Shown: positions 19,204 to 29,201 of the stretch, one piece after another | How the letters are laid out: each line of letters begins with the position of its first letter | Numbering within the stretch: position 1 is the first letter of the stretch | IMG/VR virus record: IMGVR_UViG_3300020388_000010 | From: a virus | Taxonomy: Duplodnaviria > Caudoviricetes | Length of the DNA stretch: 64,000 bases | Direction: 5' to 3' (one strand) | The notes under the pieces: generated by a model | The model's input: the letters and a program-made list of their open reading frames with translations, nothing else | The model's database searches: none | What the model was told of the DNA's origin: nothing | Made by a program: the position numbers and the translations under genes

Positions 19204-19234
19204 AAAAAAGGGGAGTTCGCTCCCCTTTTTTTTT
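19204..19234 (+). terminator. Intrinsic terminator after gp23
   Basis: AAAAAAGGGGAG-TTCG-CTCCCCTTTTTTTTT hairpin with U-tract. Confidence 0.9.
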
Positions 19235-19237
19235 GAT

Positions 19238-19245
19238 TATAAATA
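19238..19245 (+). promoter_or_regulatory. Late promoter for gp3
   Basis: TATAAATA 5 nt before ATG 19251. Confidence 0.7.
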
Positions 19246-19250
19246 ATAGT

Positions 19251-19841
19251 ATGACAGATTTAAACGCACTCACACGACAACCAGAAGAGATAGACTATTC
19301 TGCACCGAGTCAGTATAGATTCTCTATTATACAATTACCTAAAGTACAATTCTTTACTACTGCGTGTAATGTACCAGGCGTTAATATGGGTGATGCAATA
19401 TTTCCTACACCTTTTAAAGATATTCCAGTTTTACCAGATAAGGTAACATTTGAAAATCTTGAAATAACTTTTTTAGTAGATGAAAAATTACAGAATTATC
19501 AAGAACTTTTTAACTGGATTATGGCGATTGGATTCCCAGAAGATAGAGCTCAGTTCAAAAGTTTTAGACAAGAAAATGTAGACCAATTTCCTACATCTCA
19601 ATCAAAGATAAATGCACCATCAGATTCACCTAAACCTAGAACACCAGACGGTGCAATGTATTCAGATGCAACATTAACAATACTATCTAATAAGAATAAC
19701 CCAATATTAAATGTTAACTTTTCAAATGTATATCCAGTAACACTTTCTGCATTACAGTATACAAATGACCAAGCAGATACTCAATATATGAGTGCGACTG
19801 CAACCTTTCAATATCAATTATTTAAATTTGAATCGTTGTAA
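19251..19841 (+). CDS. gp3: Tail completion/tube terminator gp3
   Basis: LPKVQFF, DKVTFENLEITFLVDEKLQNYQELFNW, MYSDATLTILSNKNNP, YPVTLSAL. Confidence 0.85.
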   Translation: MTDLNALTRQPEEIDYSAPSQYRFSIIQLPKVQFFTTACNVPGVNMGDAIFPTPFKDIPVLPDKVTFENLEITFLVDEKLQNYQELFNWIMAIGFPEDRAQFKSFRQENVDQFPTSQSKINAPSDSPKPRTPDGAMYSDATLTILSNKNNPILNVNFSNVYPVTLSALQYTNDQADTQYMSATATFQYQLFKFESL

Positions 19842-19844
19842 TAC

Positions 19845-19873
19845 TTGACAATCTTTTAATTATGGTATATAAT
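19845..19873 (+). promoter_or_regulatory. Consensus sigma70-type promoter, apparently leaderless, for uvsY
   Basis: TTGACA-17-TATAAT; ATG 5 nt downstream, no SD. Confidence 0.8.
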
Positions 19874-19878
19874 ATAGT

Positions 19879-20289
19879 ATGGATTTAACAAAAATACAAG
19901 AAATGTTTGACAAAGACTCAAAGATTGATGAAACTAATATCAATCTAGAAGAGACTAGAAGTCCAGCATTATTAAATAAATATTTAAAACTCTACACTAA
20001 TTTTAGACTTATGTTAAGTAAGGCTGAAACTGATATGAAAATATTAAAAAAACAAAAATGGGAATACTATTCTGGTAAAGCAGAGAAACCATTTGAGTTA
20101 AAAATTCTTAGACAAGATATTCCAACATACTTAGAATCAGATGAAGATATGGTTAGACTACAATCTAAACTAGATTATCTTAAAGTTGTTTCTAGTTACT
20201 TGGAACACATAGTAAAAAACTTACACAGTAGAGGGTTTCAATTAAGAAACATAACAACTTGGATTAAATATACGGAGGGTGCATTATGA
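19879..20289 (+). CDS. uvsY: Recombination mediator UvsY
   Basis: KDSKIDETN, KWEYYSGKA, PFELKIL, YLESDED, RGFQLRNITTW. Confidence 0.9.
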   Translation: MDLTKIQEMFDKDSKIDETNINLEETRSPALLNKYLKLYTNFRLMLSKAETDMKILKKQKWEYYSGKAEKPFELKILRQDIPTYLESDEDMVRLQSKLDYLKVVSSYLEHIVKNLHSRGFQLRNITTWIKYTEGAL

Positions 20290-21149
20290 GTATATGTGAA
20301 AATAACTACTATTATTTCATAGGTGCATTAAATGACCAACAATGTAATGCAATTATAGAAAGAGGGTTATCTGATATGACTCTCACAGAACAAAAGAATG
20401 GAAAGCAAGCAACTGATGCTACTACTTTTGATTTTAGACAAAAGGGTGGTGAAACATCTAACGCTGGTAATATTGCACAAAATCATTTGACTGCACAAGG
20501 TAGAAGACAAAAAGGTATTAAAGAAGAAGATGTTTATGTTAGAGATACTAAAGTTGGGTGGTTAGCAGATAAATGGATATATGATTTAATACACCCATTT
20601 ATACGAGAAGCAAATCAAAAAGCAAACTGGAATTTTGAGTGGGATTTTTCTGAAACTTGTCAGTTTACAGTTTACAATCCAGGCCAGTTTTATTCTTGGC
20701 ATACTGATGGTGGTTCAAGACCATACATACCATTTGACCCAACAGTAGAAGAACAAAGAAGAAAAGATAATGATGGAAATTATATAGTTGCAAAAGATGA
20801 TACTGGTAAAGAAGTAAAGTTTGATAAAACATATAGGGGTGGTAAATTTGAAGGATTGCCAAGATATATTCCAGCGCCTGGTTTTGTAGATAATCCAAAT
20901 CAATTCTGGAAGACAAGAAAATTATCCGTAACGGTAAATTTAACCAATCCAAAAAATTACAAAGGTGGTAATCTTAAATTTGATTTAGGGCCTCATATGG
21001 GTAGTAAAAGATATCACACTTGTACGGAAATAAGACCAAGAGGTTCTATCATAGTATTTCCATCATTCATACACCACTTGGTCACTCCAGTTACTGAGGG
21101 AACTAGATACTCTTTAGTAGTATGGAATTTAGGAAAGATGTTTAAATGA
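20286..21149 (+). CDS. 2OG-Fe(II) oxygenase (prolyl-4-hydroxylase-like)
   Basis: QFTVYNPGQFYSWHTD, RKLSVTVNL, GSIIVFPSFIHHLVTPVTEGTRYSLVVW. Confidence 0.88.
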   Translation: MSICENNYYYFIGALNDQQCNAIIERGLSDMTLTEQKNGKQATDATTFDFRQKGGETSNAGNIAQNHLTAQGRRQKGIKEEDVYVRDTKVGWLADKWIYDLIHPFIREANQKANWNFEWDFSETCQFTVYNPGQFYSWHTDGGSRPYIPFDPTVEEQRRKDNDGNYIVAKDDTGKEVKFDKTYRGGKFEGLPRYIPAPGFVDNPNQFWKTRKLSVTVNLTNPKNYKGGNLKFDLGPHMGSKRYHTCTEIRPRGSIIVFPSFIHHLVTPVTEGTRYSLVVWNLGKMFK

Positions 21150-21880
21150 TTGATACTGTAAAATTTTTTAAAGAAAAAAAGTATGTTCTTATAAAAGAAA
21201 TGATACCTAAAGATATTGCAAAAGTAGGGGCACAATATTCACATTACGATAAAGCAAGACTATTTCAACCAGAAGCAGAAAGTGCTCAGATTCCAGGCAG
21301 TCATAGTGTTTATGGTGACCCACTTATGGAAACACTTTTGAATTTTGGTAGAAAGAAAATAGAACAATCTACTGGTTTAGAATTGTGGCCTACTTATTCT
21401 TATTATAGATTGTACAAAGTAGGTGATGTATTAAAAAGACATAAAGACAGACCATCTTGTGAAGTATCTATTACTTGTTGTTTAGGATATGATTACAAAG
21501 GTAAAGAAGATTATAACTGGGGTATGTTTGTTGGCCCAGAAGATGGTGAAAGAGGTACAAAGGGTAAGATGATTCCTATGGAGCCTGGTGATGGAGTAAT
21601 CTATCGTGGGTGTGAAGTGGAACATTGGAGAGAAGCATTTGATGCACCAGAGGGTGCCTGGCAAACACAAGTATTTTTACATTATGTAAACAAAAATGGG
21701 CCATTTGCTGATTTTTGTAAATTTGATTCTAGACCATCACTTGGTCTTTCACACTCAACGAAAGATAAGGAAAAGATTGCGGCTGCTACAAAGGCAGATG
21801 CAGAACTTTTATCTAAAAAAGATGCTTTTCCAAAATTGAACAAAGAAGAAGTACCTTATGAAAATAGAGAAAAAAAATGA
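21146..21880 (+). CDS. 2OG-Fe(II) oxygenase-like protein
   Basis: PTYSYYRLY, LKRHKDRPSCEVS, GDGVIYRGCEVEHWRE, QVFLHYV. Confidence 0.82.
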   Translation: MIDTVKFFKEKKYVLIKEMIPKDIAKVGAQYSHYDKARLFQPEAESAQIPGSHSVYGDPLMETLLNFGRKKIEQSTGLELWPTYSYYRLYKVGDVLKRHKDRPSCEVSITCCLGYDYKGKEDYNWGMFVGPEDGERGTKGKMIPMEPGDGVIYRGCEVEHWREAFDAPEGAWQTQVFLHYVNKNGPFADFCKFDSRPSLGLSHSTKDKEKIAAATKADAELLSKKDAFPKLNKEEVPYENREKK

Positions 21881-23297
21881 AGTATACATACGAATTGAAA
21901 CCGAACCACATATTGCAAGAGAACTCTCAGAGTATTTTACCTTTGAAGTGCCTGGTGCAAAATTTATGCCCAGTTATAGAAATAAAATATGGGATGGAAA
22001 AATACGATTATTCTCAGTTGCTACTGGACAAATCTATTTGGGATTATTACCATACATCAGAGAGTTCTGCAAACGCAATGACATTAGATACGAATTAGAT
22101 TTTAATACAAAACCAGAAGATATTGATGAATCAACTATTATTTCATTTATTAAACACCTTAAAATACCATACAAAGCTCGTGATTATCAAATTTCTAGTA
22201 TTCTTTATGGTGCCAGAAAATGTCGTGGTCTTTTTGTTTGTCCTACTGCATCTGGTAAATCGTTAATCATTTACGGTCTTACAAGATGGTGTCATTTAAA
22301 AAATCTTAAAACATTGATACTTGTACCTACAACAAGTTTAGTAGAACAGATGTCTAGTGATTTTATAGATTATGGTTGGTTAGAATCATATATTCAAAAA
22401 GTATATTCTGGTCATAGTAAAAAAATAGAAAAAGATGTTGTGATATCTACTTGGCAATCTTTACATAAGTTTCCTAAAAAATATTTTGAACAATTTGGTT
22501 GTGTAATAGGTGATGAGGCTCATTTATTTAAAGCAAAATCACTTACATCTATAATGACTAAATTACATTTATGTAAATATCGTTTTGGACTTACTGGTAC
22601 ACTAGATGATTTACAAACTCATAAATTAGTTTTAGAAGGATTGTTTGGTACAACAAATAAAGTTATAACTACAAAGGAATTGATAGAAAAGAAAACATTA
22701 TCTAATCTTAAAATAAACAGTTTAATTTTAGGATATACTGAAAATGATTGTAAGATTGTAAAAGATTTAAAATATGCAGATGAAATAGATTATATTGTCA
22801 ACGATAAAAGAAGATTGCATTTTGTAAATAAATTAGTTAATCCACTAAAAGGAAATACATTAGTGTTATATCAATTTGTAGAGAAACACGGAAAGCCTTT
22901 ATATGAATTAATGAAGAATACCTACAAAGATAGAAAGGTATTTTTTGTAAGTGGTGGTGTTGATGCATTAACTAGAGAAGAAATTAGAGCTATGACTGAA
23001 AAATCTAAAGATGCAATTATTGTTGCATCATATGGAACTTTCTCTACTGGTATTAATATTAAAAATTTACATAACATAATATTTTCATCACCATCTAAAA
23101 GTAAAATTAGAGTTTTACAATCCATAGGTAGAGGTTTAAGATTAGGTGATAACAAAACTGAATGTAAATTATTTGATATTGCAGATGATTTTACATATAA
23201 AAATAGACAAAACTTCACACTTCGTCATTTTATGGAACGAATAAATATATACAACGAAGAACAATTTGATTATACAATACATAGGATTAACTTATGA
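21858..23297 (+). CDS. uvsW: DNA helicase UvsW
   Basis: WDGKIRLF, PTASGKS, DEAH, GLTGT, QSIGRGLR. Confidence 0.96.
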   Translation: MKIEKKNEVYIRIETEPHIARELSEYFTFEVPGAKFMPSYRNKIWDGKIRLFSVATGQIYLGLLPYIREFCKRNDIRYELDFNTKPEDIDESTIISFIKHLKIPYKARDYQISSILYGARKCRGLFVCPTASGKSLIIYGLTRWCHLKNLKTLILVPTTSLVEQMSSDFIDYGWLESYIQKVYSGHSKKIEKDVVISTWQSLHKFPKKYFEQFGCVIGDEAHLFKAKSLTSIMTKLHLCKYRFGLTGTLDDLQTHKLVLEGLFGTTNKVITTKELIEKKTLSNLKINSLILGYTENDCKIVKDLKYADEIDYIVNDKRRLHFVNKLVNPLKGNTLVLYQFVEKHGKPLYELMKNTYKDRKVFFVSGGVDALTREEIRAMTEKSKDAIIVASYGTFSTGINIKNLHNIIFSSPSKSKIRVLQSIGRGLRLGDNKTECKLFDIADDFTYKNRQNFTLRHFMERINIYNEEQFDYTIHRINL

Positions 23298-23545
23298 TTA
23301 CTAAACCAGAGTATATAAAATTTAAAGAGATGTATGATTATAGAAGAAAGATTGAATACAATAAAGAAAAGATTAAAAAAAGAATAGACAAGATGTACGA
23401 AGAATTTGAATTTAACATTGTAGAAACAAAAGAAGAGGTTTTTGACCACTTTTGGGGAAATGTAAATTTAGATAGAACTAATTTAGATGAGCCTCCAGTT
23501 GAATGGAAACCTCAAAACAGAAAGTTAAGGTTGTGGAATGAGTAG
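23294..23545 (+). CDS. Hypothetical protein
   Basis: Coupled 83 aa ORF. Confidence 0.55.
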   Translation: MITKPEYIKFKEMYDYRRKIEYNKEKIKKRIDKMYEEFEFNIVETKEEVFDHFWGNVNLDRTNLDEPPVEWKPQNRKLRLWNE

Positions 23546-23981
23546 TTACCGAATAATGAAATTATCTAATGGTGATGAAATCATTTGTAAGTTGCACAAT
23601 GCTGAAAATGGATACTTTAAAATAGGATATCCTATGAAGATGTGTACGGTAAATACTATGGGAAAAGATGGTAAATACGAAGAAAATCTTGCACTTCGTA
23701 AGTGGGCTACATTTACTAAAGATAAAGTATTTGCAATAGAAAAAAACCAAGTCGTTCTACATTATGAAGTAAATATTGGATTATGTAAATATTATGAATA
23801 TATTTTAAAAAGATATAATGATGCTGAACGATATAAAAATAAAGACGGTGATGAATTAAAAGTAAATGAAGATAATATTGAAGTCAAAGAACAGATAACT
23901 ACATTAGAAGAATCCGATATGGAAGAATTAATTGATGAATATCAAAATGTACCTTATGATTATGATGAAACTAAACACTAA
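23538..23981 (+). CDS. Conserved hypothetical protein (Sm-like N-terminus) between uvsW and gp55
   Basis: IMKLSNGDEIICK motif common in T4-like phages at this position. Confidence 0.6.
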   Translation: MSSYRIMKLSNGDEIICKLHNAENGYFKIGYPMKMCTVNTMGKDGKYEENLALRKWATFTKDKVFAIEKNQVVLHYEVNIGLCKYYEYILKRYNDAERYKNKDGDELKVNEDNIEVKEQITTLEESDMEELIDEYQNVPYDYDETKH

Positions 23982-24001
23982 TTTCAATCAATACAAGAAT
24001 A

Positions 24002-24029
24002 AGTATAACACCGAAAAATATTTTGTCAA
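24002..24029 (-). promoter_or_regulatory. Leftward sigma70-type promoter (antisense)
   Basis: Reverse complement reads TTGACA-16-TATACT with TG extended -10. Confidence 0.5.
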
Positions 24030-24053
24030 TAGGTAATTTATTTTTTTATATGG

Positions 24054-24081
24054 TTGACAATAAAATAAAATATGGTAAAGT
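24054..24081 (+). promoter_or_regulatory. sigma70-type promoter for gp55
   Basis: TTGACA-16-TAAAGT with TG extension. Confidence 0.55.
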
Positions 24082-24102
24082 AATGAATACAAGGAAATAA
24101 TA

Positions 24103-24648
24103 TTGGCTGCAAAAAAACAACATTATGTTAATAACAAACAATTCTTAGAAGCAATCACAGAGTGGAAAGAAACGGTAAAAGATGCAGAATCTTTAGGGGA
24201 AGAAAGACCACCAGTAACAGATTATATTGGTGAGTGTTTTTTAAAGATTGCACAACATTTATCATTCAGACCTAACTTTATTAATTATTCATATAAAGAA
24301 GAAATGATAGGTGATGGTATTGAAAACTGTTTACAGTATGTAAATAACTTTGACCCAGAGAAGTCAAAGAATCCCTTTTCATATTTTACACAAATAATAT
24401 ATTATGCATTTATTCGTAGAATACAAAAAGAAAAAAAACAAACACATACTAAACATAAAATAATAGAAAAAAGTATGATGGCTACTTTTGACCAAAATCC
24501 ACTTGATGATACAAATTATGGTAATCAGTATATGGATTATTTACAAAAGAATATGTTACCAGCTGATGGTCAAGAGGTTTATAAAACAAGTAGTTCAAAG
24601 AAAAAAGAAACTAAAAAGAGTTTAGAAAACTTTTATGAGGAAAAATAA
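24103..24648 (+). CDS. gp55: Late-transcription sigma factor gp55 (TTG start)
   Basis: HYVNNKQFL, YIGECFLKIA, PNFINYSYKEEMIGDGIENC, NPFSYFTQIIYYAFIRRIQKEKKQ. Confidence 0.96.
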   Translation: MAAKKQHYVNNKQFLEAITEWKETVKDAESLGEERPPVTDYIGECFLKIAQHLSFRPNFINYSYKEEMIGDGIENCLQYVNNFDPEKSKNPFSYFTQIIYYAFIRRIQKEKKQTHTKHKIIEKSMMATFDQNPLDDTNYGNQYMDYLQKNMLPADGQEVYKTSSSKKKETKKSLENFYEEK

Positions 24649-24866
24649 TGTATAAAGTTTATGGCACAACAATATGTCTATATTGCGATAAGGCTGAAAA
24701 CTTATTGAAAACAAAAGATTTACCCTTTGAAAAAATATATATTGACCAAGATGAAGATGCAAAAGATTATATAATAGAACAAGGGTTCAGAACAGTTCCA
24801 CAGATTTGGTTAGATGACAAATGGATAGGTGGATATGATGATTTAGTAAAGTTCTTAAATAAATAA
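24648..24866 (+). CDS. Glutaredoxin
   Basis: CLYC, TVPQIW, IGGYDDL. Confidence 0.9.
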   Translation: MYKVYGTTICLYCDKAENLLKTKDLPFEKIYIDQDEDAKDYIIEQGFRTVPQIWLDDKWIGGYDDLVKFLNK

Positions 24867-24885
24867 GAAAGTTAAAGGAGATAAA

Positions 24886-25071
24886 ATGTTTAGTTTTATA
24901 ACAAATTTATTTAAACCAAAACCAAAAAAGATTTCAAAGTCAAGACTTATGACTATGACTAAGAGAGAGTTAGAGAATGTAGGTCGTAAACACGGTATTG
25001 AATTAGATAGAAGATATCTAAAAGATGACCTTGTTGAACAACTTTGGAAACATATAAATGGAAAGAAATAA
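24886..25071 (+). CDS. Small basic hypothetical protein (Rho-N/HeH-like)
   Basis: AAGGAG RBS; MTKRELENVGRKHGIELDRRYLKDDLV. Confidence 0.55.
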   Translation: MFSFITNLFKPKPKKISKSRLMTMTKRELENVGRKHGIELDRRYLKDDLVEQLWKHINGKK

Positions 25072-25502
25072 TGTATGAATATAAATGTGAAATTGTCAAG
25101 ATTGTGGACGGCGACACTATTGATGTCAATATTGATTTGGGTTTCGGTACTTGGATTCATAATGAACGAATACGCCTCTATGGAATTGACACACCAGAAT
25201 CAAGAACAAGAGACTTGGAAGAAAAGAAAGCTGGTCTGTACGCAAAAAAGTGTGTGGAAGGATTTATGCCAGTGGGTTCAAGTCAAGTCTTAATGACAAA
25301 GAAAGATAAGTCTGGTAAGTTTGGTAGGGTCTTAGGTGACTTTATAATCTATGATGGACAAGAAGATAGAAATATGGGTATCGTTGAGTATATGATAAAA
25401 CACAATATAGGTGTTGAATATAATGGACAATCCAAACAACAGATTCAAGAACATCACTTACAAAATAGACAATATTTAAAATCACAAGGCGTAATAGATT
25501 AG
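25071..25502 (+). CDS. Thermonuclease (SNase-like)
   Basis: KIVDGDTIDV, RIRLYGIDTPESRT, GKFGRVLG. Confidence 0.88.
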   Translation: MYEYKCEIVKIVDGDTIDVNIDLGFGTWIHNERIRLYGIDTPESRTRDLEEKKAGLYAKKCVEGFMPVGSSQVLMTKKDKSGKFGRVLGDFIIYDGQEDRNMGIVEYMIKHNIGVEYNGQSKQQIQEHHLQNRQYLKSQGVID

Positions 25503-25505
25503 ATT

Positions 25506-26573
25506 ATGAAGATAGCTTTAGTAACCGACACCCATTTCGGTGCTCGGAATGACCACGACCATTTCAACACATATTTTTACAAATTCTATGAGGATATATT
25601 CTTTCCTTATCTTAAAGAACATAATATAAAAGATTGTATTCATTTAGGTGATGTAATGGATAGAAGAAAATTTGTGTCATATAAAACTGCAAAAGATTTC
25701 AGAGAACAGTTTTGTGAAAGTTTTGTGACAAATGACATAAATGTGCATATGATAGTGGGCAATCACGATACATACTTTAAGAATACTAATGAAGTAAATT
25801 CACTTGATGAATTGATTGGTAGTCGTTATGAGAACATAAAGATATATTCGGAAGCAGAAACTGTTGAGTTTGATATACCTATATTTTTTCTGCCTTGGAT
25901 TAATTCAACAAACTATAATAAAACACTTGAGAAAATGCAAAAGACAAAAGCTACAGTTGCAATGGGTCACCTTGAAATAAAAGGATTTGAAATGCATCAC
26001 GGTTTTCCAAGTGAAACTGGTATGGATAAATCAGAGTTTAATAGATTTGATATGGTAATGTCTGGACACTTTCATAAAAAATCAGATGATGGACATATAT
26101 TTTACTTAGGAACACCCTATCAAATATATTGGAATGATGATAAATGTCCAAAAGGATTTCATATATTTGATACAGAAACAAGAGAATTAGAAAGAATTGT
26201 AAACCCATACAAAATATTTAAAAAAGTTTATTATGATGATTCTAATGGTCAAGACTATAATTTCAATCAAATAAAAGATTTAGAGGACAAATATGTCAAA
26301 CTAATAGTTGTAAATAAAAAAGACTTATATATGTTTGATAAGTTTGTAGACCAAGTTTTAACAGAATCAAAAGCACACGATGTTAAAATTATAGAGGACT
26401 TTTCAGACTTGAAAGCTGAGAATGTAAAAAATGAAATTATAGAAAATGCACAAGATACAATAACCTTATTGGATTCTTATGTTGAAGAAATAGATGTGAA
26501 TAACTTAGATAAAAATAGACTCAAAACAATGTTAAAAGGATTGTATGTTGAGGCTAGTAATATGGAAATTTAG
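25506..26573 (+). CDS. gp47: Recombination nuclease gp47 (Mre11/SbcD-like)
   Basis: DTHFG, HLGDVMDRRK, GNHD, SGHFH, YLGTPYQ. Confidence 0.95.
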   Translation: MKIALVTDTHFGARNDHDHFNTYFYKFYEDIFFPYLKEHNIKDCIHLGDVMDRRKFVSYKTAKDFREQFCESFVTNDINVHMIVGNHDTYFKNTNEVNSLDELIGSRYENIKIYSEAETVEFDIPIFFLPWINSTNYNKTLEKMQKTKATVAMGHLEIKGFEMHHGFPSETGMDKSEFNRFDMVMSGHFHKKSDDGHIFYLGTPYQIYWNDDKCPKGFHIFDTETRELERIVNPYKIFKKVYYDDSNGQDYNFNQIKDLEDKYVKLIVVNKKDLYMFDKFVDQVLTESKAHDVKIIEDFSDLKAENVKNEIIENAQDTITLLDSYVEEIDVNNLDKNRLKTMLKGLYVEASNMEI

Positions 26574-26582
26574 GAGTAAATA

Positions 26583-27119
26583 ATGGTTGATATAGTTCCG
26601 AATGTTGTTTTTAAAACAAGAGTAAAAGATAATGATTGCACGGATTGTCCAAACCCATATAAGTGGGAAGATAAATCTACTGATGATTATTTTAGTGGTA
26701 AGAAAGTTGTTTTGTTTTCTTTGCCTGGTGCATTTACACCAACTTGTTCAACATATCAATTACCAGATTTTGAAGCTATGTATTCACAGTTTAAAGAAGA
26801 AGGAATAGATGACATTTATTGTATGTCTTGTAATGATGCATTTGTAATGAACAAATGGGCAGAACAACATAGTTTAGAAAATGTTAAAGTTATACCAGAT
26901 GGTAATGGAGATTTTACTTCTGGAATGGGTATGTTAGTTAAAAAAGAAAATTTAGGTTTTGGTGATAGGTCGTGGAGATATGCGGCTATAATAAATGATA
27001 AAAACATTGAACATCTTTTTATTGAACCAAACAAAAAAGATAATGCAGATGATGACCCATATGGTGAAACCTCACCACAAAATATACTTCAGTATATTAA
27101 AAGTAATAAAGGAAAGTAA
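26583..27119 (+). CDS. Peroxiredoxin (Prx5 type)
   Basis: FSLPGAFTPTCS, NDAFVM, PDGNGDFT, RSWRYA. Confidence 0.92.
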   Translation: MVDIVPNVVFKTRVKDNDCTDCPNPYKWEDKSTDDYFSGKKVVLFSLPGAFTPTCSTYQLPDFEAMYSQFKEEGIDDIYCMSCNDAFVMNKWAEQHSLENVKVIPDGNGDFTSGMGMLVKKENLGFGDRSWRYAAIINDKNIEHLFIEPNKKDNADDDPYGETSPQNILQYIKSNKGK

Positions 27120-27120
27120 A

Positions 27121-28092
27121 ATGAGAAACTTCTTATTTGTATTTACATTATTATTTGCAACAACTTTGTTTGCACGAGATCAAATTAAAATAGTAGGTAG
27201 TTCTACTGTATATCCATTTGCAACAACTGTTGCAGAACGATTTGGTAAGTCTAGTGGATTTAAAACACCAGTAGTTGAGTCAACTGGTTCTGGTGGTGGA
27301 TTAAAACTTTTTTGTGCTGGTATGGGAACACAACACCCAGACATAACAAATGCATCAAGAAGAATAAAACAAACAGAAATAGATAATTGTAAAAAGAATG
27401 GTATCAAAGATATTACAGAAGTTAAAATAGGATATGATGGTATTGCGATTGCAAACTCAAAAAAAGGTGTTAACTTTCATTTATCAACAAGAGATTTATA
27501 TCTTGCACTTGCAAAAGATGTACCAGCAGACATTGATGGTAAAACTGTTAAACCTAATCCATATAAAAAATGGATAGAAATAAATCCAACATATCCAGAC
27601 TTACCTATTGCTGTTTATGGCCCACCTCCAACATCTGGTACTAGAGATGCACTTAATGAACTTGGTATTGAAAGGGGTTGTAAAACATATCCAGAGAGAA
27701 AAAAACTTAAAGAAAAAAATAAAGAATTATATAAATCTGAATGTCGTGCAATAAGAACAGATGGTGTATATATAGAAGCTGGTGAGAACGACAATCTAAT
27801 AATTGAAAAATTAATAACAAACCCAGATTCATTAGGTATATTTGGTTATTCTTTTTTAGATGAGAATAGAGATAAAGTAAAGGCTGCAACAATTAATGGT
27901 GTTAGTCCAGAGTTTGAATTAATTAGTAATGGTACATATCCTATTTCTAGGTCATTATGGTTTTATGTAAAAGATGCACACGCAGCTGTAATTCCAGGCA
28001 TTAGAGAATATACAAAAGAATTTACATCTGATAGAGCAATAGGTGATGACGGATATTTGATAGGTAAAGGACTCATACCACTTAATGATTAA
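27121..28092 (+). CDS. pstS: Phosphate ABC transporter substrate-binding protein
   Basis: Signal peptide from ATG 27121; IVGSSTVYPF, GSGGGLKLFC, DITNASRRIK, GPPPTSGTRD, YPISRSLWFYVK. Confidence 0.93.
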   Translation: MRNFLFVFTLLFATTLFARDQIKIVGSSTVYPFATTVAERFGKSSGFKTPVVESTGSGGGLKLFCAGMGTQHPDITNASRRIKQTEIDNCKKNGIKDITEVKIGYDGIAIANSKKGVNFHLSTRDLYLALAKDVPADIDGKTVKPNPYKKWIEINPTYPDLPIAVYGPPPTSGTRDALNELGIERGCKTYPERKKLKEKNKELYKSECRAIRTDGVYIEAGENDNLIIEKLITNPDSLGIFGYSFLDENRDKVKAATINGVSPEFELISNGTYPISRSLWFYVKDAHAAVIPGIREYTKEFTSDRAIGDDGYLIGKGLIPLND

Positions 28093-28582
28093 ATTTAGTG
28101 AAATAAAAGATATACACCCAGAGGGTTCTATTTGGTTAGGTGAAAATCGTAATAAAAATGATAAAACTCTTTTGCATAATCAAGCATTATCTTTTCACGA
28201 GAATTTTCTTGATGTTGCAAAAGATGTTTTTACAGAAGACAAAAGATTTGCAGATGTAACCGAACACGATTGGATGCAACCACTATTTGATAAACTAATG
28301 AAATTATTAGAAGATGTTGGATTTGGTAAATATTATGTTGTACAAGCAGATTTAAACAAGGCTACAGATGTTCCATCACATTATCGTATGTTATATATAC
28401 CTTGTTGTTCTCCAGATTGTATTGACTTAGATATTCAAACTGGTGAAAAAGGTATTTTTAAACTACCACTCAAAGAGGGAAGTTTTATAGTAATGCCTCC
28501 CAATTCTGGTATTAGAATTATTGCACCACCAGGCAAAATGTTTTTATCTTTGATTATGGGTATTTGTAAAGATGAGGATTGA
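28085..28582 (+). CDS. Hypothetical protein, possibly degenerate cupin/2OG fold
   Basis: Coupled ORF; KEGSFIVMPP resembles the oxygenase G-x-xxxFP strand. Confidence 0.5.
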   Translation: MIKFSEIKDIHPEGSIWLGENRNKNDKTLLHNQALSFHENFLDVAKDVFTEDKRFADVTEHDWMQPLFDKLMKLLEDVGFGKYYVVQADLNKATDVPSHYRMLYIPCCSPDCIDLDIQTGEKGIFKLPLKEGSFIVMPPNSGIRIIAPPGKMFLSLIMGICKDED

Positions 28583-29201
28583 CAGCATACCATTGTTCCC
28601 AACAATGATTTACAAATTTCATATTGACCCAAACTTATATAATAAACAAAGTATAATTGATATTGTAGAAAAGAATTACCAAAAAAATAGTTATAGAAAT
28701 AAGTTTGATAGTAATAGTGACATACATCATTCATATGCTGATTTTGACAATGATGATTACGATAAACCAGTTTTAGATAAACTAACAGATGTTTACAATA
28801 ATACATTTACTGAATTTACTAAACAACTAAAATTTAAAAGGTTTGAATATAGTTTAGATAATATTGTTGCAACTAAAGGTTCTCAATATATGGCTCCACA
28901 TAATCATTTACCAGTTGCAGACTATTCTTGTATTCATTATATAAAGTTTAATAAAGATGTTCATAAACCAACCACATTTAGAAATCCTAGTATGTTTGCT
29001 AAAAGTTTACATCATATTAAACCTAAATTTAAACCTAGAATAAATGAAGTAGACTTTTCAATATTTTCTGAAAAACATTTTGTTTTGACAACAGAAGATG
29101 ATATGATAATTATACCATCTTACTTAGAACACCAAGTAGATAAATCATATAATGACGAAATGAGAATAACTATCGTTACAAATTTAATAGTAAATGACTA
29201 A
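28572..29201 (+). CDS. Putative 2OG-Fe(II) oxygenase
   Basis: LFPT, PHNH, SCIHY, EDDMIIIPSYLEHQV, RITIVTN. Confidence 0.8.
   Translation: MRIDSIPLFPTMIYKFHIDPNLYNKQSIIDIVEKNYQKNSYRNKFDSNSDIHHSYADFDNDDYDKPVLDKLTDVYNNTFTEFTKQLKFKRFEYSLDNIVATKGSQYMAPHNHLPVADYSCIHYIKFNKDVHKPTTFRNPSMFAKSLHHIKPKFKPRINEVDFSIFSEKHFVLTTEDDMIIIPSYLEHQVDKSYNDEMRITIVTNLIVND

Noticed and set aside
26995-27120. ORF-track N-terminal extension of PstS
   Set aside because: Overlaps the peroxiredoxin gene; the signal peptide starts at ATG 27121. Track starts at 14986, 19233, 25044, 33745, 44496, 47012, 51991 and 60831 were trimmed similarly
27060-27121. Pho box upstream of pstS
   Set aside because: No tandem CTGTCAT-like 11-bp repeats seen; the gene is coupled to the upstream ORF
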